Positions 38,864-48,556 of a DNA stretch of 64,000 nt are shown here, in pieces. The DNA is taken from assembly GCA_047285535.1 (NCBI GenBank), contig JBJBDC010000001.1, forward strand, positions 2,464,136 through 2,528,135. The letters run 5' to 3'. Source of the DNA: Synechococcus sp. Lineage in GTDB: Bacteria; Cyanobacteriota; Cyanobacteriia; PCC-6307; Cyanobiaceae. A program made the translations under genes and the position numbers. The notes under the pieces were generated by a model, which ran no database searches, was not told the origin of the DNA, and saw nothing but the letters and a program-made list of their open reading frames with translations. Every line of letters begins with the position of its first letter. The stretch's first letter is position 1.

Positions 38864-40551
38864 GGAGCCCATTTTTTTGAAATTTTTAGGAGTAACCAAC
38901 TGGCATAAACGCTTTTCTTTGAGATGTTTATATTTTCTGCTCGGAGAGCCCTTTCAATGAGCCAATAGATCCGTGCAGGTGAGAACCGATCATTAGATAA
39001 AATCCAATCAGCCAATGCCAAGTTAAATCCTTGTTTTGGAGCCGCTATAATATCCTTAGGTAATCTACTCCGAGCGATATTTTTAAGAATCGTTTTTGGC
39101 CCTTCAGATTGATGAATTGATGATGGAATGCTACGAGCAAGGTCTACTAAATCTTGGTCAAGAAAGGGAACCCTGAGCTCAAGTCCTTGTGCCATGGTGA
39201 CCGAATCACTATCTCTTAATAAGGTGTCCTGCAAGTAACCACAAAATTCAAGTTTGCTAAGTTTATGCATTGATGAGTTGACATTGACATCTTTCTTTCC
39301 TAATTTCAATTTAGCAATTCTACGCTCGGTGTGAAATCTTAGCTTGCAATTTTTTAGTCCATGGAATTTGATAATTCGTTTTCTGTTGGCTGAGAATATG
39401 CTTGAGTTCTCCATATGTGAGTATCCACCAAATATTTCGTCGGCACCTAGTCCAGAAAAGCAGACTCGCATTCCAGCTTTATTAGCTGCCTTGGTAACTA
39501 AAAAACTATTCAATCCATCAATACTTGGTTGATCAATTGCATCTATGAACTCATCAAAGCTTTCATCTAAGTCTGAAGGACTTATTCTAATTGTTGTATG
39601 TTCGATCTCAAGGGATTCTGCTGTTTTCTTTGCCAATGCTGACTCATCCTTAGCCCCGCTTAAACCTTGAAATCCAATCGATATACTCTTGATAGTTTCT
39701 TGTTGATGCTCCCTAAGCAGAGACGCGATTAAGCCAGAATCTATTCCCCCACTTAAGAAAAGACCAACAGGATACTCACCAATACTTTGTTGTCTAACAA
39801 CATTGATTAGCATATCCTCTATCTCTCTAGTAGCTTTATCTAAAGACCAGTTACGATGATACAAAGCTATCTTTTCATCAGATAACGAGAATTCATTAAT
39901 CTTCCACTGACCATTTGGCAGTCGCTTCGTTATCTTTCCAGGCCCAATCATTTCAATCTGTTTGATAATAGTGGATGGACTCGATACGGAACCCCATAGA
40001 CTGAAACTTTCAATTGAATTATTATCAATATGAATATCGTCGATAACTTCAGCCGCCATCAGTGTACTTAGTTCCGATGCAAAAGCACAACGCTCACCCA
40101 TTTTATAGAGGAGTAGAGGTTTGACTCCAAATCTATCTCTAACAAGTGTTAGAGTTTGATCATTAATCTCCCAGCATGCAATCGCAAATATCCCGTTCAA
40201 CATTTCCCAAAGTCTGTCTCCCCAATGCTGAAACCCCTTCAGGATTACTTCTGTATCTGAGTCAGATTTAAACGTATGCCCATCGCTACGGAGTATTTCC
40301 CTTAATTCATCCTTATTGTAAATCTCTCCATTGAAGACCAATATTATATCTTCGTTATCTGAAATCATTGGCTGATGGCCTAAATCTGTTCGATCTTGAA
40401 TCGCTAGTCTTGTGTGTAGCAATGAACAGGAAATACCTCTATTGCTGGAATTCCAAACACCGTAATCATCCGGTCCTCGTTCTTTCAGTGATGAATAAAC
40501 CCCATTAAAATTGAATGAATTCCAGCCTATTGCTCCAAAAATACCACACAT
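38800..40551 (-). CDS. asnB: asparagine synthase-like glutamine amidotransferase
   Basis: N-terminal MCGI, RGPD, FNGEIYN, LSGGIDSG, GLGADEIFGGY, ELRVPFLD. Confidence 0.9.
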   Translation of the reverse strand: MCGIFGAIGWNSFNFNGVYSSLKERGPDDYGVWNSSNRGISCSLLHTRLAIQDRTDLGHQPMISDNEDIILVFNGEIYNKDELREILRSDGHTFKSDSDTEVILKGFQHWGDRLWEMLNGIFAIACWEINDQTLTLVRDRFGVKPLLLYKMGERCAFASELSTLMAAEVIDDIHIDNNSIESFSLWGSVSSPSTIIKQIEMIGPGKITKRLPNGQWKINEFSLSDEKIALYHRNWSLDKATREIEDMLINVVRQQSIGEYPVGLFLSGGIDSGLIASLLREHQQETIKSISIGFQGLSGAKDESALAKKTAESLEIEHTTIRISPSDLDESFDEFIDAIDQPSIDGLNSFLVTKAANKAGMRVCFSGLGADEIFGGYSHMENSSIFSANRKRIIKFHGLKNCKLRFHTERRIAKLKLGKKDVNVNSSMHKLSKLEFCGYLQDTLLRDSDSVTMAQGLELRVPFLDQDLVDLARSIPSSIHQSEGPKTILKNIARSRLPKDIIAAPKQGFNLALADWILSNDRFSPARIYWLIERALRAENINISKKSVYASWLLLKISKKWAPYWRWVVLGEWLAAHSKYLHI

Positions 40552-40552
40552 G

Positions 40553-41608
40553 CTATTTTGTGATTGAAGTCAATAAACTTGACGAAAACCTGCTGTAGGA
40601 AAAGTTGTTTAGAGCATGTCTACGTGCTTTCTTTCCTGCTTCATAGATAAGATTTTGATTCGTAATTAATAATTCCAGCGTCGTTGCGATGTTTTTACTA
40701 TTTGAATCAACAAGCCATCCTGTTTCACCATCTTTAATAATATCAGTCTGGCCACCTTCTTTGCATGCGATTGATGGTCGGCCTGCAAGTGCTGCTTCAA
40801 CATAGACTATCCCAAATCCCTCCCCGGTCGCTGAACCATCTTTGCGAACACCGTAGCTGCTAGGCATTATGAATAAACTGCAGTTAGCATAGAAAGTACG
40901 TAAAGCATCATCAGAAAGTGCACCATGGAAAATAACTCTGTTTTCTAAATTTAGACTTTTCGCATAATTGATAAGATCTTGCTTTTCATCTCCTTCACCT
41001 ATGATATCCCAACGCAAGTCTATTGGAAGTTTATTGTTTATTTCAAGTAATGATAGTGCGTTTAATACTAATCGATGTCCTTTATAACCTTCCCGTTTTG
41101 ACATTCGTGAAACGGTGAGTAAATGGAGGCCTTCAGGAAATGGCCGAGGTTGTATATTTGGCGCGATAAGATCTGCCATTGGATGAACGATTTTTAGTTT
41201 ATCCCCCAGTGTCAGTAATTTATTATACCCGAAGCTGCTTATTGTGATCAATCGATCACATTTAGAAAGACTTTGCTTGTGTTCCTCAAATGCACTCCCC
41301 CAAACGTCAATACCATATGTCCAACATATTTTCTTGTATTTAGAGGAGCTAAGCCAGGAAGCCCACTCAACAGACTTAAGCAGTAATACATGCATTACCA
41401 TAACGCTATCTGCTTTGGGTAGAAGGAATAATAATTTACTCATGAAGAACAACCGACTTATTAGTTTCCCTATCCATCCTTTGAAAAGTGTCTCTGTAGT
41501 CACAATTTCTACATCAATCCCTTCATTTTTAAGACATTGATAAACTTGCTTGCTAAGTCGTTCTATGCCCCCTGTTCTTTTAATGTCATAGGCGATCATT
41601 AGCATCAT
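40553..41608 (-). CDS. GT4 glycosyltransferase
   Basis: GGIER, YKGH, EGFGIVYVEAALAG. Confidence 0.87.
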   Translation of the reverse strand: MMLMIAYDIKRTGGIERLSKQVYQCLKNEGIDVEIVTTETLFKGWIGKLISRLFFMSKLLFLLPKADSVMVMHVLLLKSVEWASWLSSSKYKKICWTYGIDVWGSAFEEHKQSLSKCDRLITISSFGYNKLLTLGDKLKIVHPMADLIAPNIQPRPFPEGLHLLTVSRMSKREGYKGHRLVLNALSLLEINNKLPIDLRWDIIGEGDEKQDLINYAKSLNLENRVIFHGALSDDALRTFYANCSLFIMPSSYGVRKDGSATGEGFGIVYVEAALAGRPSIACKEGGQTDIIKDGETGWLVDSNSKNIATTLELLITNQNLIYEAGKKARRHALNNFSYSRFSSSLLTSITK

Positions 41609-41612
41609 CTGC

Positions 41613-42806
41613 TTAACCTCTAATTAAGAATGCATAATCACGAATCGATTTATCTTTTCCGAATCTAATTTTGTATAAGTTTAAAGCATTTTGCCCCATT
41701 CTTGAAACGACGTTAGGTTGCATGCTTAAGGAATGAATCTTCATTGATAGTGAATGGCTATCTCCAGGTTTGATAACGACTCCACAATCATAGTTGATCA
41801 CAAGTTGTGCTATTTCACAGTTAGAATCGCAGATTAACAGCACTCCTCGACCGCTTGCAATGATTCCATAGAACTTTGAGGGAGCTACAGTATCTCCTGC
41901 TCCAGATTTAAGACTGATCACTGCTAAATCACACGCTGACAGACTTTGTGGTAACAACTCACGATCTTGATACGGTAAGCATTGCACATTATTTGTATTA
42001 TTCGATAAGATAAAGTTTTTGATGACCTTTTCTTGATATCCTCCACCTACAAACACAAAGCGAATAGGAGACTCGCGAAGTTGTAATGATGCTGCAAGAA
42101 GTGTTTCAATATCATGTAATCGCCCAAAGTTTCCTGAATATTGAACGGTGAAATATTGATCATATGAGTGCATCTTTGCGAAGGCATTACTGGATCTATG
42201 GCTTCCATCACCCTTCTCAATTGCCCAATTAGAGATAACATGGACTGAGGCTCTTTTTGTTATATCCTTATAAAGCCTATCTTTCATGCTATTACTTAAA
42301 ACAACGGTATGATGTGAGCAGTCGCAGCTTAACTTCATTAATCGCATTAATGCTAATGCTTGCAAGCTATTCTCCTTCAATATTCCACTTAATATTGCGG
42401 ACCTTGGGAAAATATCTTGAAATATAAAGATATATCGTGTTGGCCTGATGATGCTAAGTATGGCACCTACTAAGCCGATAAATGGAGGGTTTGAAACTAG
42501 AATGATTGTATCGCTTTTTTTGATGTTGAAAAAGCACCATTTAAACGCCTTTATGAAGAAAGTTATCCCTTTAAGGCCTTTGTAAATGAGATTATTTTTT
42601 TGGGTATGTATTATGCCGCTGCCGCTCATATAATTAACATTAATAGCCGTCACTGGTTGCTTCATTCCTGGAGAAGCCATTGTCAATACTTTTAGATTAA
42701 AACCTAGTTTTTGCAATCCATTTGCAAGGTCGGTCATCAATTGTGCCGTTGCACCTTGCTCCGGATAAAAATGTTCAGAGATAAGGACGACTCTACTTGC
42801 AGTCAT
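41613..42806 (-). CDS. GT4 glycosyltransferase (WbuB-like)
   Basis: SEHFYPE, SNPPF, QDIFP, YSGNFGRLH, PSKFYG. Confidence 0.87.
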   Translation of the reverse strand: MTASRVVLISEHFYPEQGATAQLMTDLANGLQKLGFNLKVLTMASPGMKQPVTAINVNYMSGSGIIHTQKNNLIYKGLKGITFFIKAFKWCFFNIKKSDTIILVSNPPFIGLVGAILSIIRPTRYIFIFQDIFPRSAILSGILKENSLQALALMRLMKLSCDCSHHTVVLSNSMKDRLYKDITKRASVHVISNWAIEKGDGSHRSSNAFAKMHSYDQYFTVQYSGNFGRLHDIETLLAASLQLRESPIRFVFVGGGYQEKVIKNFILSNNTNNVQCLPYQDRELLPQSLSACDLAVISLKSGAGDTVAPSKFYGIIASGRGVLLICDSNCEIAQLVINYDCGVVIKPGDSHSLSMKIHSLSMQPNVVSRMGQNALNLYKIRFGKDKSIRDYAFLIRG

Positions 42807-43630
42807 AAATCTAATCCTTTTTCCTTTCTTGTATGCTCGATAATTTTTGTGATGGTAAATAATTCGTAACTACTAATTAGCAGACTGAACAATAGGCTTT
42901 GCCATCCTTCTATCCAGCCTCCATTGAATATATATAGACGGATAAATCTTGCCAGGGGTTTTAATGGCCAGGCTTTTGCACTAAGGATTCTCAAACGCAA
43001 TTTTCTTGTGGTACTGAATGTACTCTGATCTTGAGTTTTATTATATTGAATAATACTATTAGCATCCCAGGAGCTATATCTCATATGTCTTGAAATCCAA
43101 TCATCTGTACCTTTGCTAAAGGCGTAATGCTCATAAGGTTCTTGAATTTTCCCCACATTCTCTAAATGTGTAAAGCTCTCCCACACTCCACCGGAAAAAC
43201 TATTGGCACCTAATCTAACTATCCTTGGATGCCAGTTTGGATACCCTTGTGTTCTTTTAAGCCACCGACCAAGAAACCAAAATCTTGGTGCCATTTCAAA
43301 TCCTGAGTAATAACTATATTTGACAAGAGAATTCATAATTGATTCTTTACAAGGCGTTTTAATCTCTTCGTCTGCATCTAAGAATAATACCCATTTGCTG
43401 TTTATAGGCAGATGACTTAATGCCCAGTTTCGTTGTTCAGTGATTATAAATCTATCTCTCCTTGTTTTAACGAAGACTTTTGCCCCTAATCTTTCTGCTA
43501 GTTCCTTACTACCGTCGCTACTGCCGGAATCTACCAGATATATTTCATCGCACCACTTCAGGGATTTGATACAACGTGTGAGTTGTGAATACTCATTTAG
43601 GCAAAGTACTACCGCTGCAATTGAAGTCAT
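42803..43630 (-). CDS. GT2 glycosyltransferase
   Basis: DSGSSDG, QRNWAL, FLDADE. Confidence 0.88.
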   Translation of the reverse strand: MTSIAAVVLCLNEYSQLTRCIKSLKWCDEIYLVDSGSSDGSKELAERLGAKVFVKTRRDRFIITEQRNWALSHLPINSKWVLFLDADEEIKTPCKESIMNSLVKYSYYSGFEMAPRFWFLGRWLKRTQGYPNWHPRIVRLGANSFSGGVWESFTHLENVGKIQEPYEHYAFSKGTDDWISRHMRYSSWDANSIIQYNKTQDQSTFSTTRKLRLRILSAKAWPLKPLARFIRLYIFNGGWIEGWQSLLFSLLISSYELFTITKIIEHTRKEKGLDL

Positions 43631-44811
43631 GATTGATTTCTTTTGTTTAGAACTTTTTCATACATTCTCTCCATTTTCTTTGCCACTGAGATTGGCGAGT
43701 AATTTGCTTGTACCCATTGAGCACTTTCTTCAGCCCGGATGCTTGGCCTTTCAAACCAACTTGTCATCCATTTCACCCACGCATTTAGTTCCCTTGGCAG
43801 GACGACACCATAATCAATCTTTCCGCTTTCGATTAGCTCCTCTGAAACTCCAGTTTGATCGCTGATTGCTATCTGACAACCATGGGCAAGTGCTTCAATA
43901 ACGACATTCCCAAAGTTTTCATGTCTACTTGGTAGCAATAGTAAATTCGACTCTGTATAGACATTGGAGAGCTCTATCGCTGGTAAATATGTGTGCCACT
44001 TAATTCTTTCATGAAGACCTAGTTTACCGAATGCCGTTTGCAGTTCGTCTAAGCTGTTATCATCGCTTTCACCAACGATATCTAATGTCCAGCTATAATG
44101 TTTCAATTCAGCCAAAAGTTGAGGGATCAAATCCAATCCCTTTTTTCGATTAATTCTTCCACAAATCAGTAGTTTTCTTGTATGCCCATGTGCATCACCT
44201 CCCTTCTTCTCGGGCGTGGGCTTTTTGACTCCCGAATGAAGGTTCCTTTCATCAAGAGGATTTCCCACTACGTGTATTTCAGGAGATAAGTTAAGCCTTG
44301 CTACTTCCTTACTTTCGTAACTACCGGTTACATGAATCATGGCACACTTGTTCAAATATCTTTTTTCCACGAATTCATAGTAAATACTTTTGATGAGTGT
44401 GTTCTTTGCAAATGAATATTCGCTTAGAGCCCCTCGAGTGCTTTGGATTAAAGGCTTATTGAGTCTATTGGCGATCCTTTGAATCTTAACTCCCCATGGC
44501 TGCCAAATTGTACTGAAATGTATGATATCTGCACCGTTTATCATTTTATTTACTCTTCTATCGTTTAGTCTGCTAAATACAATTGTCGCCCCTTTGTCAA
44601 AGGTTTCGTAATAGGATACATTGACTCCGTTTCTTTTGATAGGAATGCCTAGCTCTCCTTTCTTTAAGCTCTTGTTACCGGCGTTGGTTGTTATAACATC
44701 CACTTGATGCCCTAATGCCGTAAGCGATTCGCATGTCCTACTTATACTTTGAACTGGCCCTCCGAATTGCCATGCAGGAGCGTATACAGGCACTACATGA
44801 ATGATCTTCAT
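43627..44811 (-). CDS. GT4 glycosyltransferase
   Basis: PAWQFGGP, GRINRKKG, PSRHENFGNVVIEALAHG. Confidence 0.88.
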   Translation of the reverse strand: MKIIHVVPVYAPAWQFGGPVQSISRTCESLTALGHQVDVITTNAGNKSLKKGELGIPIKRNGVNVSYYETFDKGATIVFSRLNDRRVNKMINGADIIHFSTIWQPWGVKIQRIANRLNKPLIQSTRGALSEYSFAKNTLIKSIYYEFVEKRYLNKCAMIHVTGSYESKEVARLNLSPEIHVVGNPLDERNLHSGVKKPTPEKKGGDAHGHTRKLLICGRINRKKGLDLIPQLLAELKHYSWTLDIVGESDDNSLDELQTAFGKLGLHERIKWHTYLPAIELSNVYTESNLLLLPSRHENFGNVVIEALAHGCQIAISDQTGVSEELIESGKIDYGVVLPRELNAWVKWMTSWFERPSIRAEESAQWVQANYSPISVAKKMERMYEKVLNKRNQS

Positions 44812-44884
44812 CTATCCTACTGCTTCTGTTTCTTTTTACTTTAGCACTTCTCCTGGCCAATCAAAATCTATCCGTAATCATTAG

Positions 44885-45676
44885 ATGGATATCAATCGTC
44901 AATTACTTTATATTCTGGTGCATCGAAATGGGGATCATTGCAATCGACTCTTTCAATCACTGCACCATCATGCATTTTGTCTCCATAATGGTCATAAGTT
45001 TTTCAACCCTACGCTTGTGGGGTTGTTAAACAATAGGGGATTGTCTGTTGACCGAATTGGCGATATTATTAATAATATATTTAATCGTTTCATTCAGTTA
45101 CTGCCACCGGCATGCTCTTCTGTCATTTCCAAAATTATACTGCGAAGATGTCTTCGAGTTGAGTTGGTTGGTGGTTGGTCGTATCGCTGTTATGAACTTA
45201 CTTCCAAGTATCGTCATAGGCTTTCTTCTATTTATCGTTTTCACCATCCACTGACTCATCAGCAGAAATTCCTTTTAGCAAAGCTGGATGCTGTTCGACG
45301 TAATGGTTCGATTCTTTTAGGAGTTCATATCCGTCGTGGCGACTATTCTTCATGGCAAGGTGGAATCTACTATTATTGTGATGATACTTATCGTGAGATA
45401 ATATCATCTCTTAGACTTGTTTTTTCTTCTTTAGGCAAAGATATTTATATTATAGTGACAACTAATGAGATTACAATTCCACCTTGCGGACAAGATATGA
45501 CGTGTCAAGAGCTATGGTATGTTGATCAACTATGTTTACAGCATTGTGACTATTTAATTGGTCCTCCAAGTACCTTTACTATGTGGGCAAGTTATGTAGC
45601 CAGTATTCCCTATTATCATATTACTAATCCGGATGATCCAATTTCTCTAGATCAATTTTGTGTTTGCCCGGGTTAA
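44885..45676 (+). CDS. GT11-like (alpha-1,2-fucosyltransferase-like) protein
   Basis: GDHCNRLFQ, HIRRGDY, IGPPSTFTMWASY. Confidence 0.75.
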   Translation: MDINRQLLYILVHRNGDHCNRLFQSLHHHAFCLHNGHKFFNPTLVGLLNNRGLSVDRIGDIINNIFNRFIQLLPPACSSVISKIILRRCLRVELVGGWSYRCYELTSKYRHRLSSIYRFHHPLTHQQKFLLAKLDAVRRNGSILLGVHIRRGDYSSWQGGIYYYCDDTYREIISSLRLVFSSLGKDIYIIVTTNEITIPPCGQDMTCQELWYVDQLCLQHCDYLIGPPSTFTMWASYVASIPYYHITNPDDPISLDQFCVCPG

Positions 45677-46605
45677 ATTGAATGAGTATGATTCCTTCTC
45701 AAGTTTAGGTTGCTATTTCTCAAAATCTGCTTCGCTTTACGTATCAGGTGAATAATATTTGCACGTCTATCCCAGATAAATTCGTTTAAGGTTAACAGTA
45801 CTCCTTTCTTGTTAACTATTGGCTGACTATTGTATTTCATAAATGAATATGCAAACGATGGTTGCTGCAATTGAAACGGTGTTGCATAGCTCCATGCATA
45901 TGGTGAACTTGGATGTAAAAAGCGTGATTCTTCTGTCCAGTTCAGCCACTTTAAACTGTACCAGATCTCTATGTCTCTAATTTGTTTTGCATGCGCCCAT
46001 GTTTGAATTTTAGTTCGCATCGCTTCGTTATCCATCACGTATCCATAATGGTAGCAATCAGCATTGATAACTTTTCTTCTTATTGCATTACTTGTTCTTG
46101 AAAATGTAAATATAGATTTTGCTTTTTTAGCCCTAATTGCTGCACCTTCATTCAGACTCTTGATCCCCAATGCACTGTTCAAAAGTACAAATCGAGGGTT
46201 TTTCCAGAAATTGATCCATGGTGTAATTAATAGCTCGGTATCATCATTTCTATTCATTTCTTTCTTGAGTATCTTCCAACCATCTTCTGTATAGAATTCA
46301 TCAGCATCTTGAATGATCATCCAATCAAATTCTTCACTTCTCGCTCTCTCCAATAGGAAATTCCTTGTGTCTTCATCATATTCCCAATCTCCTTTTATGA
46401 TTTCAACTTCGCACTTTAAATGTTTTATCTTGATACTGCTCAGTTTGGTAGGATTTTTTAGTTTATCTCGAGCGGATTGTGAATATTTCCATGGCCTTGG
46501 AGGATAAGCAATAAATATTTTATCAACATGGGGGGCCGCATTCTCCAGCATCTGGTTGATCCATGTGTCCACATTAAATGCTATGACTTGAAGGCAAACT
46601 TTCAT
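45673..46605 (-). CDS. GT-A fold glycosyltransferase-like protein
   Basis: RNFLL...QDADEF DxD motif, HYGYV. Confidence 0.65.
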   Translation of the reverse strand: MKVCLQVIAFNVDTWINQMLENAAPHVDKIFIAYPPRPWKYSQSARDKLKNPTKLSSIKIKHLKCEVEIIKGDWEYDEDTRNFLLERARSEEFDWMIIQDADEFYTEDGWKILKKEMNRNDDTELLITPWINFWKNPRFVLLNSALGIKSLNEGAAIRAKKAKSIFTFSRTSNAIRRKVINADCYHYGYVMDNEAMRTKIQTWAHAKQIRDIEIWYSLKWLNWTEESRFLHPSSPYAWSYATPFQLQQPSFAYSFMKYNSQPIVNKKGVLLTLNEFIWDRRANIIHLIRKAKQILRNSNLNLRRNHTHSI

Positions 46606-46640
46606 TTTTTTGAAATCATAACATGCATTTATTTTATGTG

Positions 46641-47603
46641 CTACTTCAATATTCGCATCAGCAATTGATATGGTTTAATTTGCAGGCTCGCGATATTTTC
46701 AACATTTCTTGAAGTGAAAATATTAAACACAAAATATTTGATTAACTGGATGGATATCTTTATGGACTTATTATTGCTTCGTGAGTATTCTTTACTGAAT
46801 AATATAGCTGCTGGTAAATAGTCCGGAGATCTAGGATCACAGCAGTTCATCCAGTACTTGATCTTTCCTTGTTTGCCACTTGAAGACCTTGTTTCTTCTG
46901 TTCTCCTAATAGCACAATAATTCTCCAGCGTTAGGAGCTTTATACCCTTTAGGTATAATGAATATGTCATCCAAAAATCTGAATAATAATGGGGCAAGCC
47001 AACTGGGACTTTTTCTGCAGCATTCAATGTTGATTTTTTAATTAATAATGATGCTGTTACCCCTAGGTTGACTAGACCTGCGCTTTGTCTATGCAACTGT
47101 CGATCAGAATATTTATTGTAGATATTTCCCCAATTAATATCTACGCTTCTGGCAAGTTTTCGTAGATCAATAGTATGTTCAAAAATTTCTTTAAAAGAAG
47201 TCTTACTTGCTTCGATCAATATCGGGATTAATGCTGTATTAGCATTCAAGTCTATATAGTTTATACCTGCCATGAGTGAACCAGGACTTAGTAGTACATC
47301 ATCATTTGCTATTAAAATGTTGTCATTGTCCCCAATCTTTTTATCGCTTCTTACAAGCTCTAATATATAATTCAAGCACCCACCCCAGTATTGTTTTCCA
47401 TCTAATCTGTGTATCGTGATATCTGGATACTTTTCATAGACTTTTTCTTCTGTGCCATCCGTGCACCCATCCGCAATGACATGTATCGTCAATGATATGT
47501 TTCTGTCTATGCTTTTATGCAGGTAATCAATGCTCTTTAATGTTATTTTGTGTCTGTTATGACATGGTATTAGGGCTATTAAATTTTGGTTCTTATTATT
47601 CAC
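46641..47603 (-). CDS. GT2 glycosyltransferase
   Basis: PCHNR, DGCTDGT, YWGG, NDD, PHYYSD; GTGA overlap with the upstream stop. Confidence 0.8.
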   Translation of the reverse strand: MNNKNQNLIALIPCHNRHKITLKSIDYLHKSIDRNISLTIHVIADGCTDGTEEKVYEKYPDITIHRLDGKQYWGGCLNYILELVRSDKKIGDNDNILIANDDVLLSPGSLMAGINYIDLNANTALIPILIEASKTSFKEIFEHTIDLRKLARSVDINWGNIYNKYSDRQLHRQSAGLVNLGVTASLLIKKSTLNAAEKVPVGLPHYYSDFWMTYSLYLKGIKLLTLENYCAIRRTEETRSSSGKQGKIKYWMNCCDPRSPDYLPAAILFSKEYSRSNNKSIKISIQLIKYFVFNIFTSRNVENIASLQIKPYQLLMRILK

Positions 47604-48556
47604 CAGTAGCACCCTCCTTCAATATCTTTGTATCCTTTGGGCTTTTCACTTTCCAGTGGTTTTACCCAATGTTTATTAAAAAGGGCTTCAAATTCTGCTT
47701 TATTCTCCCATCGTGCCCCTTTAATTCCGAAGAGTATTTGCGTTGCTCCACCCAAATGAACGGCTTTTTTACCAATTCTCTTTATATGTGCAGCTAATGG
47801 CAAACCGTAAGCACCAGCTCCAATAATTGCAACGTCGAAATTAATATTGTCAATTTGATCTTCCATCCATTTTAATCCATCAAACCAGCTCTCAAATCTA
47901 GGATCTTTATTGCCTGCGATTGTCTGTAATGGTTTAAATGTTTTGAGATTAAAGTCGGGAAGTATTCGTTTGTCATTAAATAATAATGAGCGTTTTGCAT
48001 ACTGATTCTTTATTGATTCTATATAAGGATGTACTATGAGTACATTCTTATGCATTAATACTTCAGACCAAGGCTCATCCGAAAAATATGGTTCAAGAGC
48101 TTCCAGGCATATTTTATGGCATGATTTCATGTGCGCTTTTAATAAATGTTCTTCCACCCTCCATGACCCTAAAATATCGATATAACTTGCATCTCTGATC
48201 ATCCGAATTGCAAACTTGTTTAAATTAGAATCGCTTACTGAAAACATTCCTGCGCCATTCCTTAGACTTTCACGTATTCCGTCATGCCACCAAAATGTGT
48301 CTAGTTCACCCTTTATAAAATTAATTGATTTTTCACCAGGCCATTTACTTGATTTACTTTTTCTAATATATGTAGCTACTGCATTAAGTTCTCCGCTTCC
48401 AAATCTTCCAATCAAACATGGTTTCTTTTCCGTAAGAAGCTCTTTGATCAGTTCATCATCTTCATTTTGTTTCTTCAGATGCTTGATACCATGTTCATTT
48501 TCAATTGTTGTTGAGCTTCTTAGTTTTCGTAGTATATATGCAGTATAGCGATTCAT
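47600..48556 (-). CDS. uncharacterised polysaccharide-cluster protein (possible glycosyltransferase)
   Basis: GRFGSGE, LEPYF..PW, FDVAIIGAGAYGLPLAAHIK..GKKAVHLGGATQILFGI; overlaps both neighbours by 4 nt. Confidence 0.65.
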   Translation of the reverse strand: MNRYTAYILRKLRSSTTIENEHGIKHLKKQNEDDELIKELLTEKKPCLIGRFGSGELNAVATYIRKSKSSKWPGEKSINFIKGELDTFWWHDGIRESLRNGAGMFSVSDSNLNKFAIRMIRDASYIDILGSWRVEEHLLKAHMKSCHKICLEALEPYFSDEPWSEVLMHKNVLIVHPYIESIKNQYAKRSLLFNDKRILPDFNLKTFKPLQTIAGNKDPRFESWFDGLKWMEDQIDNINFDVAIIGAGAYGLPLAAHIKRIGKKAVHLGGATQILFGIKGARWENKAEFEALFNKHWVKPLESEKPKGYKDIEGGCYW

